64,000 nucleotides of DNA from Polyangiaceae bacterium (GTDB taxonomy: Bacteria > Myxococcota_A > Polyangia > Polyangiales > Polyangiaceae): NCBI GenBank assembly GCA_044222475.1, contig JBGANF010000001.1, positions 128,001 through 192,000 on the forward strand. Direction: 5' to 3'. The notes beneath the pieces are model-generated. The model saw only the letters and a program-made list of their open reading frames with translations, was not told the DNA's origin and made no database searches. A program made the translations under genes and the position numbers. Of this stretch, positions 41,936-51,543 are shown piece by piece. Within the stretch, counting starts at the first letter, position 1. The number at the start of each line of letters is the position of its first letter.

Positions 41936-42712
41936 ATGCTCACCGTTCAGTCCAGCCCTGAGATTCCGATCTCCGTGCTCACCGATCCGGTCGAACGCGC
42001 GGCCCGAGTACCCACCGTGCTCGTCGCGGCGGCTTTCGAAGAAGGCTCCGCCGTCGCCTTGCGGCGGGGCCGCGCGCTGGCGAGAGCGCTCGACGCCACG
42101 GTGACCGTCCTCCACGTCGCCGACGACCCCGCAGCAGCGCTGCGGCTCGCGCGGCGGCGGGTCGCAGCGGCCATCGTCGACGCGGCACGCGAAACCCACG
42201 CTGCGGCGATCGTCCTCGGCGCCGCTGCCCGAGAGAGCGACGGCGACGGTGCGGTCACCGCCCACGTCATCACCCACTCCACCGTCCCCGTCCTCGTCGC
42301 GCGGCCCGAACGGCCCGGAGCCGAAATCCTGGCCGCCACGAACCTCGTCGACTCCACGCATCCCACGCTGCACGCCGCCGCCCGACTCGGCGCCAGACTC
42401 GGTGCCCGCGTGACGTTCATGCACGACATGGAAGCGGGCGGTGCCGACGTCGACGAACGACTGCACGATCTCACGTGGCTTGCGCGCTACATCGGCATCG
42501 ACGTCGAGACGGTCGTGACCACGCAACACCGGCCCGTCGATGCCATCCTCGACGTCGCCGAGCGGCGCGATGCCGATCTCCTCGTGGTCGGCGTGAGGCA
42601 CCGTCACGGCGCCGGCTCGCCGAGCACGGCGTTGACCGTGGCGCGGCGTGCGCACCGGAGCGTCCTCGTGGTTCCGCTGACGACCCTCGAGCCGACCGGG
42701 AGGCCGTCATGA
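41936..42712 (+). CDS. Universal stress protein (tandem USP) 2
   Basis: RBS AGGAGG; VPVLVAR..EILAATNL..DADLLVVG. Confidence 0.85.
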   Translation: MLTVQSSPEIPISVLTDPVERAARVPTVLVAAAFEEGSAVALRRGRALARALDATVTVLHVADDPAAALRLARRRVAAAIVDAARETHAAAIVLGAAARESDGDGAVTAHVITHSTVPVLVARPERPGAEILAATNLVDSTHPTLHAAARLGARLGARVTFMHDMEAGGADVDERLHDLTWLARYIGIDVETVVTTQHRPVDAILDVAERRDADLLVVGVRHRHGAGSPSTALTVARRAHRSVLVVPLTTLEPTGRPS

Positions 42713-43422
42713 CGAAGCCGACGAGTCAGTTGGAGGAGCAGCTGCGGCTCGCTCTTCTCGGTGAGCTCACCGTGGGCTTGGCGCACGACCTCCGCAACGT
42801 CCAGAACGGGCTCTACCTCCGCCTGCAGCAACTCGAGCGCATTGCCCCTTTGGCTCCGAAGGTGGCCTCCCTCGCTGCCGAGATGAAGCGCGACGTCCTG
42901 GTGGGCGTGGAGCTCCTCAATCGCGTCACCGCGTTCGGCAAGAACGCACACGCCGATCGCCCGAGCCCCGTGGACTTGAATCGCCTCACGGTCGACGCGT
43001 GTGCGCTCGCGTGCGCTCGAGTCCCGAAGGCGGGCCTCGCGCGAGCCCAGATCGTGACCGAGCTCGGCGCACCGCCGACGGTGTGCGGTCTCCGCGCCGA
43101 GATCGAGAGCGCGATTCTCAATCTTCTCGTCAACGCGGTGGACGCCGTCCCGTCGACTGGACCGATCGTCGTCCGTACCGGTGCGGCCGAGGAGCAGGTG
43201 TGGGTCGAGGTCATCGATCATGGCCCCGGATTCGAGCCCGATGCGCAAGATCACCTCTTCGAGCCCTTCCACACGACGAAGGGGGACCGCGGCTCCGGCC
43301 TCGGCCTCTCCTCGGTCGCTGCCTGCGCGCGCCGCCACGGCGGCGACGTCCACGTCTCGAGCGCACCAGGAGGCGGCGCGACGGTTCGCCTGTGCTTGGG
43401 CGAGTTCAGGAGGTCGAATTGA
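42709..43422 (+). CDS. Histidine kinase core (HisKA + HATPase_c) without sensor domain
   Basis: LAHDLRN H-box, NLLVNAVDA, DHGPG, FEPFHTTK, GSGLGL; ATGA overlap with USP2. Confidence 0.88.
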   Translation: MTKPTSQLEEQLRLALLGELTVGLAHDLRNVQNGLYLRLQQLERIAPLAPKVASLAAEMKRDVLVGVELLNRVTAFGKNAHADRPSPVDLNRLTVDACALACARVPKAGLARAQIVTELGAPPTVCGLRAEIESAILNLLVNAVDAVPSTGPIVVRTGAAEEQVWVEVIDHGPGFEPDAQDHLFEPFHTTKGDRGSGLGLSSVAACARRHGGDVHVSSAPGGGATVRLCLGEFRRSN

Positions 43423-44306
43423 TCTCCCGCGTCCGCGTCGCCGCGCTCCAGTACTTCATCCGCCCGGTCACCGCGTTCGAGCAGTTCGCCGACCAGGTCG
43501 AAGGCCTCGTGGTGACCGCTGCCGACTACAAGTGCGACGTCGTCGTCTTCCCGGAGTACTTCACGAGCCAGCTCCTCACCCTCGGGGACGTGAGGCGCCC
43601 GATCCACGAGCAGGTGCGCGACTTGCCACGCTTCGTACCGAGGTACGTCGAGCTCCTCACCCGACTCGCTCGCCGAAACGACATCTACATCGTCGGCGGG
43701 ACGATCCTCACCGGCGGCGCGGGCGAACAAGTCCACAACGAGTGCTTCGTCTTCGGTCCCCGAGGGGACCACGTCGTCCAAGGGAAGCTCCACATGACGC
43801 GCTTCGAGAGCGAGGAGTGGCGAGTCTCGCCTCGCTCCAGCGTCGAGCTGGTCGAGACGAGGTTCGGCCGGGTCGGCGTGACGGTCTGCTACGACGTCGA
43901 GTTCCCGGAGGTCGCGCGGGCCTACGCGCGACAGGGCGTACAGGTCCTCTTCGTCCCGAGCTGCACGGACGACCGACAGGCGTTCTTGCGCGTTCGCTAC
44001 TGCTCGCACGCGCGGGCGATCGAGAATCAGATCTACGTCGTCCAGTCGCCCACCGTCGGCTCGCTCCCGATGGTGCCCGCGGTGTCGCTCAACTATGGGC
44101 AAGCCGCGATCCTCACGCCGAGCGACTTCCCGTTCGCCCGCGACGGCATCCTCGCCGAAGGGATACCGAATCAGGAGACGATGGTGATCGGCGAGCTGAA
44201 CATGGTGACGCTCCACGAGTCGCGAACGACCGGGACGGTTCTGCCTCTCAACGACAGCATGCGAACGAGCGAGCTCGTCGCCAAGACCACGGTGACCTCG
44301 CTATGA
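43419..44306 (+). CDS. Carbon-nitrogen hydrolase (nitrilase superfamily, YhcX-like)
   Basis: TTG start with AGGAGG RBS; FPEYF, GKLH, VCYDVEFPE (E-K-C triad), ARAIENQ. Confidence 0.9.
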   Translation: MISRVRVAALQYFIRPVTAFEQFADQVEGLVVTAADYKCDVVVFPEYFTSQLLTLGDVRRPIHEQVRDLPRFVPRYVELLTRLARRNDIYIVGGTILTGGAGEQVHNECFVFGPRGDHVVQGKLHMTRFESEEWRVSPRSSVELVETRFGRVGVTVCYDVEFPEVARAYARQGVQVLFVPSCTDDRQAFLRVRYCSHARAIENQIYVVQSPTVGSLPMVPAVSLNYGQAAILTPSDFPFARDGILAEGIPNQETMVIGELNMVTLHESRTTGTVLPLNDSMRTSELVAKTTVTSL

Positions 44307-44989
44307 GCGCCCAAGACATCATCGTACGCCCGACCTACCAAGGCGACTTCGGCGCCGTCACGGAGCTCTGCCGACGGGTCTACCCCACAGCTCCGCCCTG
44401 GACCGAGGTCCAGCTGTCGTCCCACCTCCGGGTGTTCCCGGACGGCCAGTTCGTCGCCGTCGAACAGTCCAGCGGTCGCATCGTCGGAATGGCAGCGAGC
44501 TTGATCGTCCGGTGGGACGACTACGACCTCACGACGAGCTGGCGCGAGTTCACCGACGCCGGCGCGTTCACGAACCACGATCCATCCGGGAAGACGCTCT
44601 ATGGAGCCGAGGTCATGGTGGACCCGGAACGACAACGGCTCGGGATCGGCGCCAAGCTCTACGCCGCGCGTCGCGCGCTCGTGGAGCGCATGGACCTCCT
44701 TCGCATCCGCGCCGGCGCGCGGCTGCGCGGGTATCACAGGTTCGCCGACGCGATGCCACCGAACGAGTACGTCGCGCGCGTCGTCAGCGGACGAATCGTC
44801 GGCCCCACGTTGTCGTTTCAGCTCCGTGAAGGGTTCCGCGTCATTGCCGTCGTGCCGGATTACCTCCGGCATGATCCGGAGAGCCTCGGCTACGCGGCAG
44901 TCATCGAGTGGTTGCGCCACGCCGACGCACCCACCGCACGAACGGCGCCGAGCGTCCCGCCGCTCGTTCGCCCGCGGCCAGCCGCGTGA
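44303..44989 (+). CDS. GNAT acetyltransferase (YkwB/YhcX N-terminal-like)
   Basis: FPDGQFVA, TLYGAEVMVDP..RLGIGAKLY, LSFQL, GYAAVIEW. Confidence 0.88.
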   Translation: MSAQDIIVRPTYQGDFGAVTELCRRVYPTAPPWTEVQLSSHLRVFPDGQFVAVEQSSGRIVGMAASLIVRWDDYDLTTSWREFTDAGAFTNHDPSGKTLYGAEVMVDPERQRLGIGAKLYAARRALVERMDLLRIRAGARLRGYHRFADAMPPNEYVARVVSGRIVGPTLSFQLREGFRVIAVVPDYLRHDPESLGYAAVIEWLRHADAPTARTAPSVPPLVRPRPAA

Positions 44990-44992
44990 TCG

Positions 44993-45913
44993 TCAGGCGG
45001 GCTTGCCTCCGCTGCTGCTCCCGAGGCTGATGCGTCCCTTCTCGATCAGCGCAGCCACCGCCGGGTGCCGAACGCGACGCTCGAGCGACACGACGTAGTA
45101 GCGCTCGACGAGCCGCTCGAACGGGCCGACGAACGACAAGCCCAGGCCGTCCTCCACCTCGCTCCGGAGCGCGGTGCGGATGGGGAGCAGCCCCTGGCCG
45201 CGCGCACCGGCGACACGCATGAGACCGGAGTCGTCGAACTCGCCGGTGACGCGCACGCGAATCCCTCGGTCGGCGAACCAGCGGTCGAGGAGCTTGCGCA
45301 GCGACGATTGGGACGTGGGCATCAGGACCGGGGCGTCGGCCAACGACTTCGGGAATCGCTTCCGGTAGCGCTTCGCCAGCGTCGGCGTCCCGTAGAGTAG
45401 AAGCTCCGACTCGCCGAGGAGGTGGGCATAGACCCGTTGCGTCGTCGCTTCCGGAGGCGCTGCGTCGGCGAGCACCAGGTGCAGCCGCCCGGTGGCGAGC
45501 TCTTCGAGGAGCCGGTCGAGCCGGTCCTGTCGGGCGACGAGCGAGCCGAAGCCGGGCGTGGCCATGCCCGGTTGGAGGAGCTTGTACGCGACCGACTTGG
45601 GCATCGAGCTCACGATGCCGACCCGCAGTGCCTGCTTCCTCTCCAGCGAACGACCGCGGGCCACGTCGACGAGCTCGTTGCCGAGTCGGAAGATGTCGTC
45701 GGCGTACGACGCGACCTCCTCGCCCAACGGCGTCAGGACGAGCTGCCGACCCCGGCGTTCGAAGAGCTCACCGCCGAGGAAATCCTCGAGCGCTCGGAGC
45801 TGCACGCTCAGCGTCGAGTGCGTCAGTCGCAAGCGCGTCGCCGCGCGCGAGAGCCCGCCTTCGCGCGCGATGCGCCAAAAGTAGAAGAGGTGGTGAAAGT
45901 TGAGCCACTCCAT
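44993..45913 (-). CDS. nhaR: LysR family regulator, NhaR-like
   Basis: MEWLNFHHLFYFWRIAREG, LTHSTLSVQL, YADDIFRLG, EFDDSGLM, ERRVRHPAV. Confidence 0.85.
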   Translation of the reverse strand: MEWLNFHHLFYFWRIAREGGLSRAATRLRLTHSTLSVQLRALEDFLGGELFERRGRQLVLTPLGEEVASYADDIFRLGNELVDVARGRSLERKQALRVGIVSSMPKSVAYKLLQPGMATPGFGSLVARQDRLDRLLEELATGRLHLVLADAAPPEATTQRVYAHLLGESELLLYGTPTLAKRYRKRFPKSLADAPVLMPTSQSSLRKLLDRWFADRGIRVRVTGEFDDSGLMRVAGARGQGLLPIRTALRSEVEDGLGLSFVGPFERLVERYYVVSLERRVRHPAVAALIEKGRISLGSSSGGKPA

Positions 45914-45955
45914 GTCGATCCCGGTTCGACGATCCTACAGGGTCTTCTCCTCTAC

Positions 45956-45991
45956 ATGTCTCGAATATCGACAGTTCATGTGGTTCTTTCG
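45956..45991 (+). promoter_or_regulatory. LysR-type binding site, copy 2 (nhaR/USP3 divergent region)
   Basis: ATGTC-tcgaatat-CGACAG...CTTTCG in the same register as copies 1 and 3. Confidence 0.65.
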
Positions 45992-46037
45992 CAATGGTGC
46001 TCAGGAGGGTTCGACCCTAGGTTGGGGACGAGCCCCA

Positions 46038-46976
46038 ATGACGTCCCCTCGCCCGACCTACCATGCGCGCCCGAAGCGAAGGCGCGAGCCAGCCCCGCGG
46101 CGCCAGCCGCCTCGGGCGCATGCATGGGTCGGCGCGCAGCGGCTCGTCGTCGGGGTCTCGTTCGATCGAGGCTCGGCGCAAGCCCTCGAGCGCGGGCACG
46201 ACCTCGCCCGAGCCCTCGGCCTCGAGTTGGCGGTCGTCCACGTTCTCCCCGACGACGACGTTCGACACCGAAGCGATGCCGTGCGCCGCGCCTTCGCGAG
46301 CGCCACTCGAACGGCGATTCAACGTTGGGCGCTCTCCTCGTGTGCGATCGCTCTTCCCACGGACACCATTCGCCTCCGCTTCGGTGACGTCGCCGACCAC
46401 CTCCTCCACGTGACCCGCCGCCATTCGGGTGAGCTTCTCGTCATCGGTGGTCGAACGGACGACGGGTTCGCTCCCGGTTCGCGCGCTCTGCAGATCGCTC
46501 GCCAATCCCTTCGGCCTGTCTTGCTCGCCGGTCCGCGGACGGGAGCGCGGCAGATCGTCGCCGCCACGGACCTCGCGAGCGAGGGCATTCCCGTCGTGCG
46601 GAGCGCGGCGGAGTACGCGAGACGCCTTTGCCGACGGGTCTCGGTCGTCCACAACGTCGTCCACGACTCCCAACCGACGTTCCTCGCACCGATCGAGCGC
46701 GACTCCCTGGCGGAGAACCTCGACCGGCTTCGCTCGATCGTCCGAGAGCTCGACGCGGTGGACGACGCGACCGTCACGCGCGAAGACGTCGCGGCCGCCG
46801 GCATCCTCCGCATCGCCCGCGTTCGCGACGCCGACATCGTCGTCGTGGGCGTACGGCCTGACGTCGGCTCGACGAGCTGGAGCATCCTCGCGTCGGCGCA
46901 GCGCTCGATCCTCCTGGTCCCGCTACCTCCTCAATCCGCCGTCGAGCGACCGTCGCTCGAGACAGGAGCGTCATGA
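46038..46976 (+). CDS. Universal stress protein (tandem USP) 3
   Basis: RPVLLAG..QIVAATDL..DADIVVVG; start uncertain. Confidence 0.8.
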   Translation: MTSPRPTYHARPKRRREPAPRRQPPRAHAWVGAQRLVVGVSFDRGSAQALERGHDLARALGLELAVVHVLPDDDVRHRSDAVRRAFASATRTAIQRWALSSCAIALPTDTIRLRFGDVADHLLHVTRRHSGELLVIGGRTDDGFAPGSRALQIARQSLRPVLLAGPRTGARQIVAATDLASEGIPVVRSAAEYARRLCRRVSVVHNVVHDSQPTFLAPIERDSLAENLDRLRSIVRELDAVDDATVTREDVAAAGILRIARVRDADIVVVGVRPDVGSTSWSILASAQRSILLVPLPPQSAVERPSLETGAS

Positions 46977-47521
46977 CGAGAACATCTCGCGTTGGGTGCA
47001 GTCTCTTCGTCGTCCTCGGTCTCTCCGCGGGAACGATGGCGTGCGGCAACGCCAAGCCTCCATCGACGGCGACCGACGTCGCCCCGCCCGCGCCATCCAC
47101 GGCGTCGGTCGCCGTCACTCCACCGTCGACGGGTGACTCCGTCGTCATCGACCAAGCCGTGTTGGCCAAATGCGGCATCGCATCGACCGAGCAAGCACCG
47201 CAGTTCGCCTTCAACTCCGCCGACCTCGTCGACCAAGGTCGGAGCATGCTCGACACGCTCGCGCAGTGCATGCTCGACGGCCCCCTTCGGGGAAAGCGGC
47301 TCCAACTCGTCGGTCGCGCGGACCCGCGCGGAGAGGACGAGTACAACATGGCTCTCGGCAGCAGCCGCGCCGAGGCGGTCGCTTCGTACCTCCACGACCG
47401 CGGCGTGCCGCTCGAACAGCTCAGCCTGACGTCTCGCGGGAAGCTGGACGCCCGAGGAACCGACGAGCAAGGCTGGGCGCTCGACCGCCGGGTCGACGTC
47501 GCGCTCCGCCCGTCCTCCTAG
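46973..47521 (+). CDS. OmpA/Pal family peptidoglycan-binding lipoprotein
   Basis: Lipobox TMAC; FAFNSADL, GRADPRGEDEYNMALGSSRA, DRRVD. Confidence 0.9.
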   Translation: MTRTSRVGCSLFVVLGLSAGTMACGNAKPPSTATDVAPPAPSTASVAVTPPSTGDSVVIDQAVLAKCGIASTEQAPQFAFNSADLVDQGRSMLDTLAQCMLDGPLRGKRLQLVGRADPRGEDEYNMALGSSRAEAVASYLHDRGVPLEQLSLTSRGKLDARGTDEQGWALDRRVDVALRPSS

Positions 47522-47542
47522 AACATCGCGGCCCCGGCGACG

Positions 47543-49234
47543 ATGTCCGTGCTACGAGAGGGCATGTCCCGCGTGGCCGCCCTTCAGGATCGACTGCTCG
47601 GCCTCTTGGGCGGCAGCATCGACGGCCGCGACGCGCTCGTCGGAGCGATGCTCCGTCGCACTCCGAGCGAGGAGACCTCGTATTGGCTTCAGCTCCTCGT
47701 CTCGGTGGGGATCGCCACCCTCGGCCTCGTGGTCGGGAGCACGGCCGTCGTGATCGGGGCGATGCTCATCGCACCGTTGATGGGCCCGATCGTGGGGCTC
47801 GCGATGGGGCTAGCCACTGGGTCGCCGTTCCTCGTCCTTCGCTCGACGGGGCGGCTGGCGCTGAGCGTCGCTGCTGCCGTCGGCGGGGCGGCCGTCATGA
47901 CGGCGCTCCTCCCGTTTCACGAGGTGAACGCAGAGATCGCCGCGCGCACGTCACCGACGGCGCTCGACCTCCTCACCGCAGCGTTCTGCGCGCTCGCCGG
48001 CGTCTATGCGACCATCCGGCCGAGCACCGACACCACCGCGACGGCGGCGGGCACCTCGATTGGGATCTCCCTGGTGCCCCCGCTCTGCGCGAGCGGCTAC
48101 GGGGTCGGTACGCTGGGGTGGTCGGTCGCCGGCGGTGCCGCGCTCTTGTTTCTCACGAACATGGTCGCGATCGTGGTCGTCGGGACGGTGGCGTTCGTCG
48201 CCGCCGGCTTCAACCGGGTCGATGTCGGCACGATCGAGGGCGGTGAGCTGAGCAGCCACGGGAACGACGCGAGGATCGCGCGTGCGCTCGCGCGACCTCT
48301 CGCCCACGTGTTTGCGTCCCGTTGGGGCTCACCGCTCCGCTTTCTCATGCCCTTCATCCTGCTCGCGGTGGTGTACGTCCCGCTGCGACGCGCCTTGAAC
48401 GAGGTCGCTTGGGAGGTGAGGGTTCGGGCGGCAATCCGCGACACGATCGCCCATGAACCCCAGCGCGTGGTGCAGAGTCGAGCGCGCGTGGAGCACCACG
48501 GCGTCGAGCTCGTCGTCGTCATCATCGGCACCGCCGACGACGCCGAAGCGGCGCGTTCGAGGATGGATACGGAGATCCGTCAGATCGCCGGGGTCGTGCC
48601 CCGCGTCGAGGTCATGGCCGTCGCCGACGCGGAGCATCTCCAATCCGACGTACCTCCGGTCGGAGAGGCGCTCGCGCCCCCGACGCCGGAGCAACAGCTC
48701 AGTCGCGTCCAAGCGCAGATTCGGGCGAGCGTCGAGAGAGCGTGGCCGTCCACGAGCGCAGGTCTTCCGCTCGTCGTCGAGATCGGCACCGCCGACACGG
48801 GACCGTTGCGGCTCCGCGTCGTCCACCTCGGATCCGCGCTCGCGGCAGACGCGACGGAGACCGTCGAGCGCTCGGTCGGCGGCGACGTGGGGCGGCAGGT
48901 GACGCTCATCGACGTGGCCGTTCCACCGGAGGAGCTCACGCGAGCGGATGGGGACCTCGCGTTCGTCGCCCGCGTGGCGTCCGCTGCGCGCGCGACGGCC
49001 GCCGTCGCCGCCGTGAAGGTGTGCGTCGTCGAGCCATCTCGAGCACCGCGAGAAGATGCCGGGGCGTCTCCGGGGGATGGAGAGCTCGACCGAGCCATCG
49101 ACGACGCGCTCGCGGTGCACCCGCGGGTCTCGACGTCCCCCGGGGAAGCGTGGACCGTACGCTTCGTGACGGGGAGCTGTCCGACGTCGGACGGCGGAGC
49201 GCCGGACGCCGAAGCGCCGGAGACGGGCCCCTGA
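47543..49234 (+). CDS. DUF389 membrane protein
   Basis: IATLGL..STAVVIGAMLIAPLMGPI, ARTSPTALDL, ISLVPPL, LFLTN. Confidence 0.9.
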   Translation: MSVLREGMSRVAALQDRLLGLLGGSIDGRDALVGAMLRRTPSEETSYWLQLLVSVGIATLGLVVGSTAVVIGAMLIAPLMGPIVGLAMGLATGSPFLVLRSTGRLALSVAAAVGGAAVMTALLPFHEVNAEIAARTSPTALDLLTAAFCALAGVYATIRPSTDTTATAAGTSIGISLVPPLCASGYGVGTLGWSVAGGAALLFLTNMVAIVVVGTVAFVAAGFNRVDVGTIEGGELSSHGNDARIARALARPLAHVFASRWGSPLRFLMPFILLAVVYVPLRRALNEVAWEVRVRAAIRDTIAHEPQRVVQSRARVEHHGVELVVVIIGTADDAEAARSRMDTEIRQIAGVVPRVEVMAVADAEHLQSDVPPVGEALAPPTPEQQLSRVQAQIRASVERAWPSTSAGLPLVVEIGTADTGPLRLRVVHLGSALAADATETVERSVGGDVGRQVTLIDVAVPPEELTRADGDLAFVARVASAARATAAVAAVKVCVVEPSRAPREDAGASPGDGELDRAIDDALAVHPRVSTSPGEAWTVRFVTGSCPTSDGGAPDAEAPETGP

Positions 49235-49238
49235 CGGC

Positions 49239-50102
49239 TCAGCTCGGGAGCGGTGTGACCAGCACCGACCGCTGCGCCTTCTCGGCGACGTCTGCCGCTA
49301 CGCTCCTCCCGACGAGACGCGCGAACCACGACCGCCGCCGTGTTCCGACCACGACGACGTCGGCGCGACGCGCGCGGGCTTCCTGCAGGATCGCGTCGAC
49401 TACGTCGAGCTCCTGCGCGACGACATGGTCGCCTTCGATGCCGATGTCGCGAGTGGCGCGACGCAGATGCTCCTCGCGCCAGGAGCACTCCGTCCCCGCG
49501 GTGAGCACCATGCCCGGCCACGTCGGGGCGAACCCGACGAGGCTCGCCCTCGGGGTCGCGTTGTGGACTGCCACGATGGGCGCGTCGAGCTGCTCGGCGA
49601 GCGCGGCCGCGCGGCGCAGCACCGGGTAGTCCTCTCGCTCGAGATCGGTCGCGGCGAGGATCGACTCGTCGGTAGCCATCGCGCGAGCGACGAGCACGGG
49701 GAGCGCGCTCCGGATCGCCAACGCCGTGGCGAAGTCCCCGATGCCCGAGCTAGCGGCGAGCACGACGATCTCGGCGCCGAGCTCGGCGACGCGCTCGCTG
49801 ACCCCTTCTACGACGTCCCCGTTCGGGACGTGGAGTCCCTCGACCGGGACGGCTCGCCCCAGGAACCACGAGCACCAGCGAGCCGTCTCTCCGTCGACCT
49901 CGATCTGCGCCTCCGCCGAGACGACGACTCCGCCGAGATCGACCTCGGGGAAGAGGGGATGCCCGAACGGCGGCGCCACCTCGACCCGTAGGATCCGAAG
50001 GTCCCGCTGAAGCACCCGCGACAGGGCAAACGCCCGCCGCAGTGCAGGCAAGGGCTGTTCTCCTCCAAACGTGACGAGAATGATGGCGCCTCGGAGCTTC
50101 AT
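49239..50102 (-). CDS. Universal stress protein (tandem USP) 4
   Basis: RBS GAGGAG; LPVLVAR..SILAATDL..ADVVVVGT..LVGRSVA. Confidence 0.85.
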   Translation of the reverse strand: MKLRGAIILVTFGGEQPLPALRRAFALSRVLQRDLRILRVEVAPPFGHPLFPEVDLGGVVVSAEAQIEVDGETARWCSWFLGRAVPVEGLHVPNGDVVEGVSERVAELGAEIVVLAASSGIGDFATALAIRSALPVLVARAMATDESILAATDLEREDYPVLRRAAALAEQLDAPIVAVHNATPRASLVGFAPTWPGMVLTAGTECSWREEHLRRATRDIGIEGDHVVAQELDVVDAILQEARARRADVVVVGTRRRSWFARLVGRSVAADVAEKAQRSVLVTPLPS

Positions 50103-50152
50103 CGGCTCTCCTCTTCATGGAACATGGGCCCCGGGCGAGATGTGCGCCATGA

Positions 50153-50188
50153 CGAAAGACCGACGTAATAGGTCGTCTGGTTCGACAT
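50153..50188 (-). promoter_or_regulatory. LysR-type binding site, copy 3 (upstream of USP4)
   Basis: Minus strand ATGTCG-aaccaga-CGAC...TCTTTCG; 15/16 identical to copy 1 over the dyad. Confidence 0.7.
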
Positions 50189-50269
50189 GAGGCTCGGCCA
50201 CCGAGCGCGAACCGCGAGATCTCGATTCGACTGGTCACGCGGACCACGGGAATCCACAATCGGTCGGCC

Positions 50270-51310
50270 ATGGCGTCGGCGGAGCAGCTCCGGGCACTCG
50301 AGATCATCCAGCGCGAAGGGTGGAACGGCACGTCGTTTCAGACGCTCAACGAGGGCTTCCGCTATCACTTCACCGCCGACGGCGTGGTCGCCTACGTCGA
50401 CACGGGGAGCGCTTGGGTAGCCCCCGGTGCGCCCATCGCACCGCGCGAGCGGCTCGCCGAGGTCGCCGACGACTTTCGCAGAGCAGCGGCGGCGGCCGGA
50501 CGCGACGTCTGCTTCTTCGCCGCCACGTCGCGGTTCGTCGACGCCGCGCCCGAGTGGAGGCCCCTCCTCGTCGGCGAACAGCCGCTGTTCTCGCCGCGCA
50601 CGTGGGTCGACCGCTTCGACCGCACGCGATCGATTGCGTCCCAAGTCCGACGGGCGGAGGCCAAAGGCGTCGCGATCCGTCGCGTTTCCGCCGACGAGCT
50701 CGCGCCCGGCACGCCCCTCCGCGCCGCGGTCGACGCCGTGTTCGCGTCGTGGATCGCCACGCGTCGTCTGGCGCCGATGGGCTTCCTCGTGGACCTGCAG
50801 CCGTTCGCCTTCTCCGAAGAGCGACGCACGCTCGTCGCGGAGCGAAACGGAGAGGTCGTCGCGGTGCTCGTCGCGGCGCCGATCTACGCGCGCCGGGGCC
50901 TCCTCGTCGACTTTCTCGCGCGACGGCACGATGCGCCGAACGGAACTGTCGAGGCGCTCGTCGATGCGGTCATGCGAGAGGCGGACCACGAAGGCCTCGA
51001 GATCGTGACCCTCGGCATGGCGCCGCTCGCCGGCGTCGGCTCGCGTCGCCTGCGATTCGCGCGTTGGGTCTCGCGGCCGCTCTACGACTTCGCCGGCCTC
51101 CACGCCTTTCGACAGAAGCTCCGGCCCGACGCGTGGGAGCCGCTGTACCTCGTCGTCCCACCGGGAAGCGGACGGTGGGGCGCGTTGCTCGAGTCGCTCC
51201 GGGCGTTCGCGCGAGGCAGTTTGGTCGGGTTCGCTGCGGCGAGCGCCCGCCACCTCGCGCGCCGTTGGCTCGCAAGGCACGCACCGGCCCTTCCGCAGTC
51301 GACGGGTTGA
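50270..51310 (+). CDS. Stand-alone DUF2156 (aminoacyl-phosphatidylglycerol synthase/MprF C-terminal-like) protein
   Basis: GAPIA, APNGTVEAL, TLGMAPL, YDFAGLHAFRQKL..WEPLYL. Confidence 0.85.
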   Translation: MASAEQLRALEIIQREGWNGTSFQTLNEGFRYHFTADGVVAYVDTGSAWVAPGAPIAPRERLAEVADDFRRAAAAAGRDVCFFAATSRFVDAAPEWRPLLVGEQPLFSPRTWVDRFDRTRSIASQVRRAEAKGVAIRRVSADELAPGTPLRAAVDAVFASWIATRRLAPMGFLVDLQPFAFSEERRTLVAERNGEVVAVLVAAPIYARRGLLVDFLARRHDAPNGTVEALVDAVMREADHEGLEIVTLGMAPLAGVGSRRLRFARWVSRPLYDFAGLHAFRQKLRPDAWEPLYLVVPPGSGRWGALLESLRAFARGSLVGFAAASARHLARRWLARHAPALPQSTG

Positions 51311-51459
51311 CGTACAGTCCGTTTGCATCAAGGGAACGGGCGAGTCGGCGCGCGCGCGGAAGCGGGCTCGGGCTCGGCATCGCGCGAGAAATTGCCGGCG
51401 CGCAGGGAGTGGATGTGACACTCCGCAACGACGACGGTGCAGGGCGACATTCGTCGTGA
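51311..51459 (+). pseudogene. Remnant of a sensor histidine kinase ATPase (HATPase_c) C-terminus
   Basis: YSPFASRERASRRARGSGLGLGIAREIAGAQGVDVTL (F and G2 boxes) with no start or upstream domains. Confidence 0.65.
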
Positions 51460-51543
51460 CGCTGCAGCGGGCCATTCTGAACGAGACGTAAGATAGGTGC
51501 GCGATGGCGCGCGCTATCTCGGGTGCATGGAGATGCAGCTCTG

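Noticed and set aside
50133..50149. Sigma54-like GG-N10-GC upstream of USP4
   Set aside because: Spacing fits on the minus strand, but the -12 element is poor and the pattern is absent from the two paralogous promoters.
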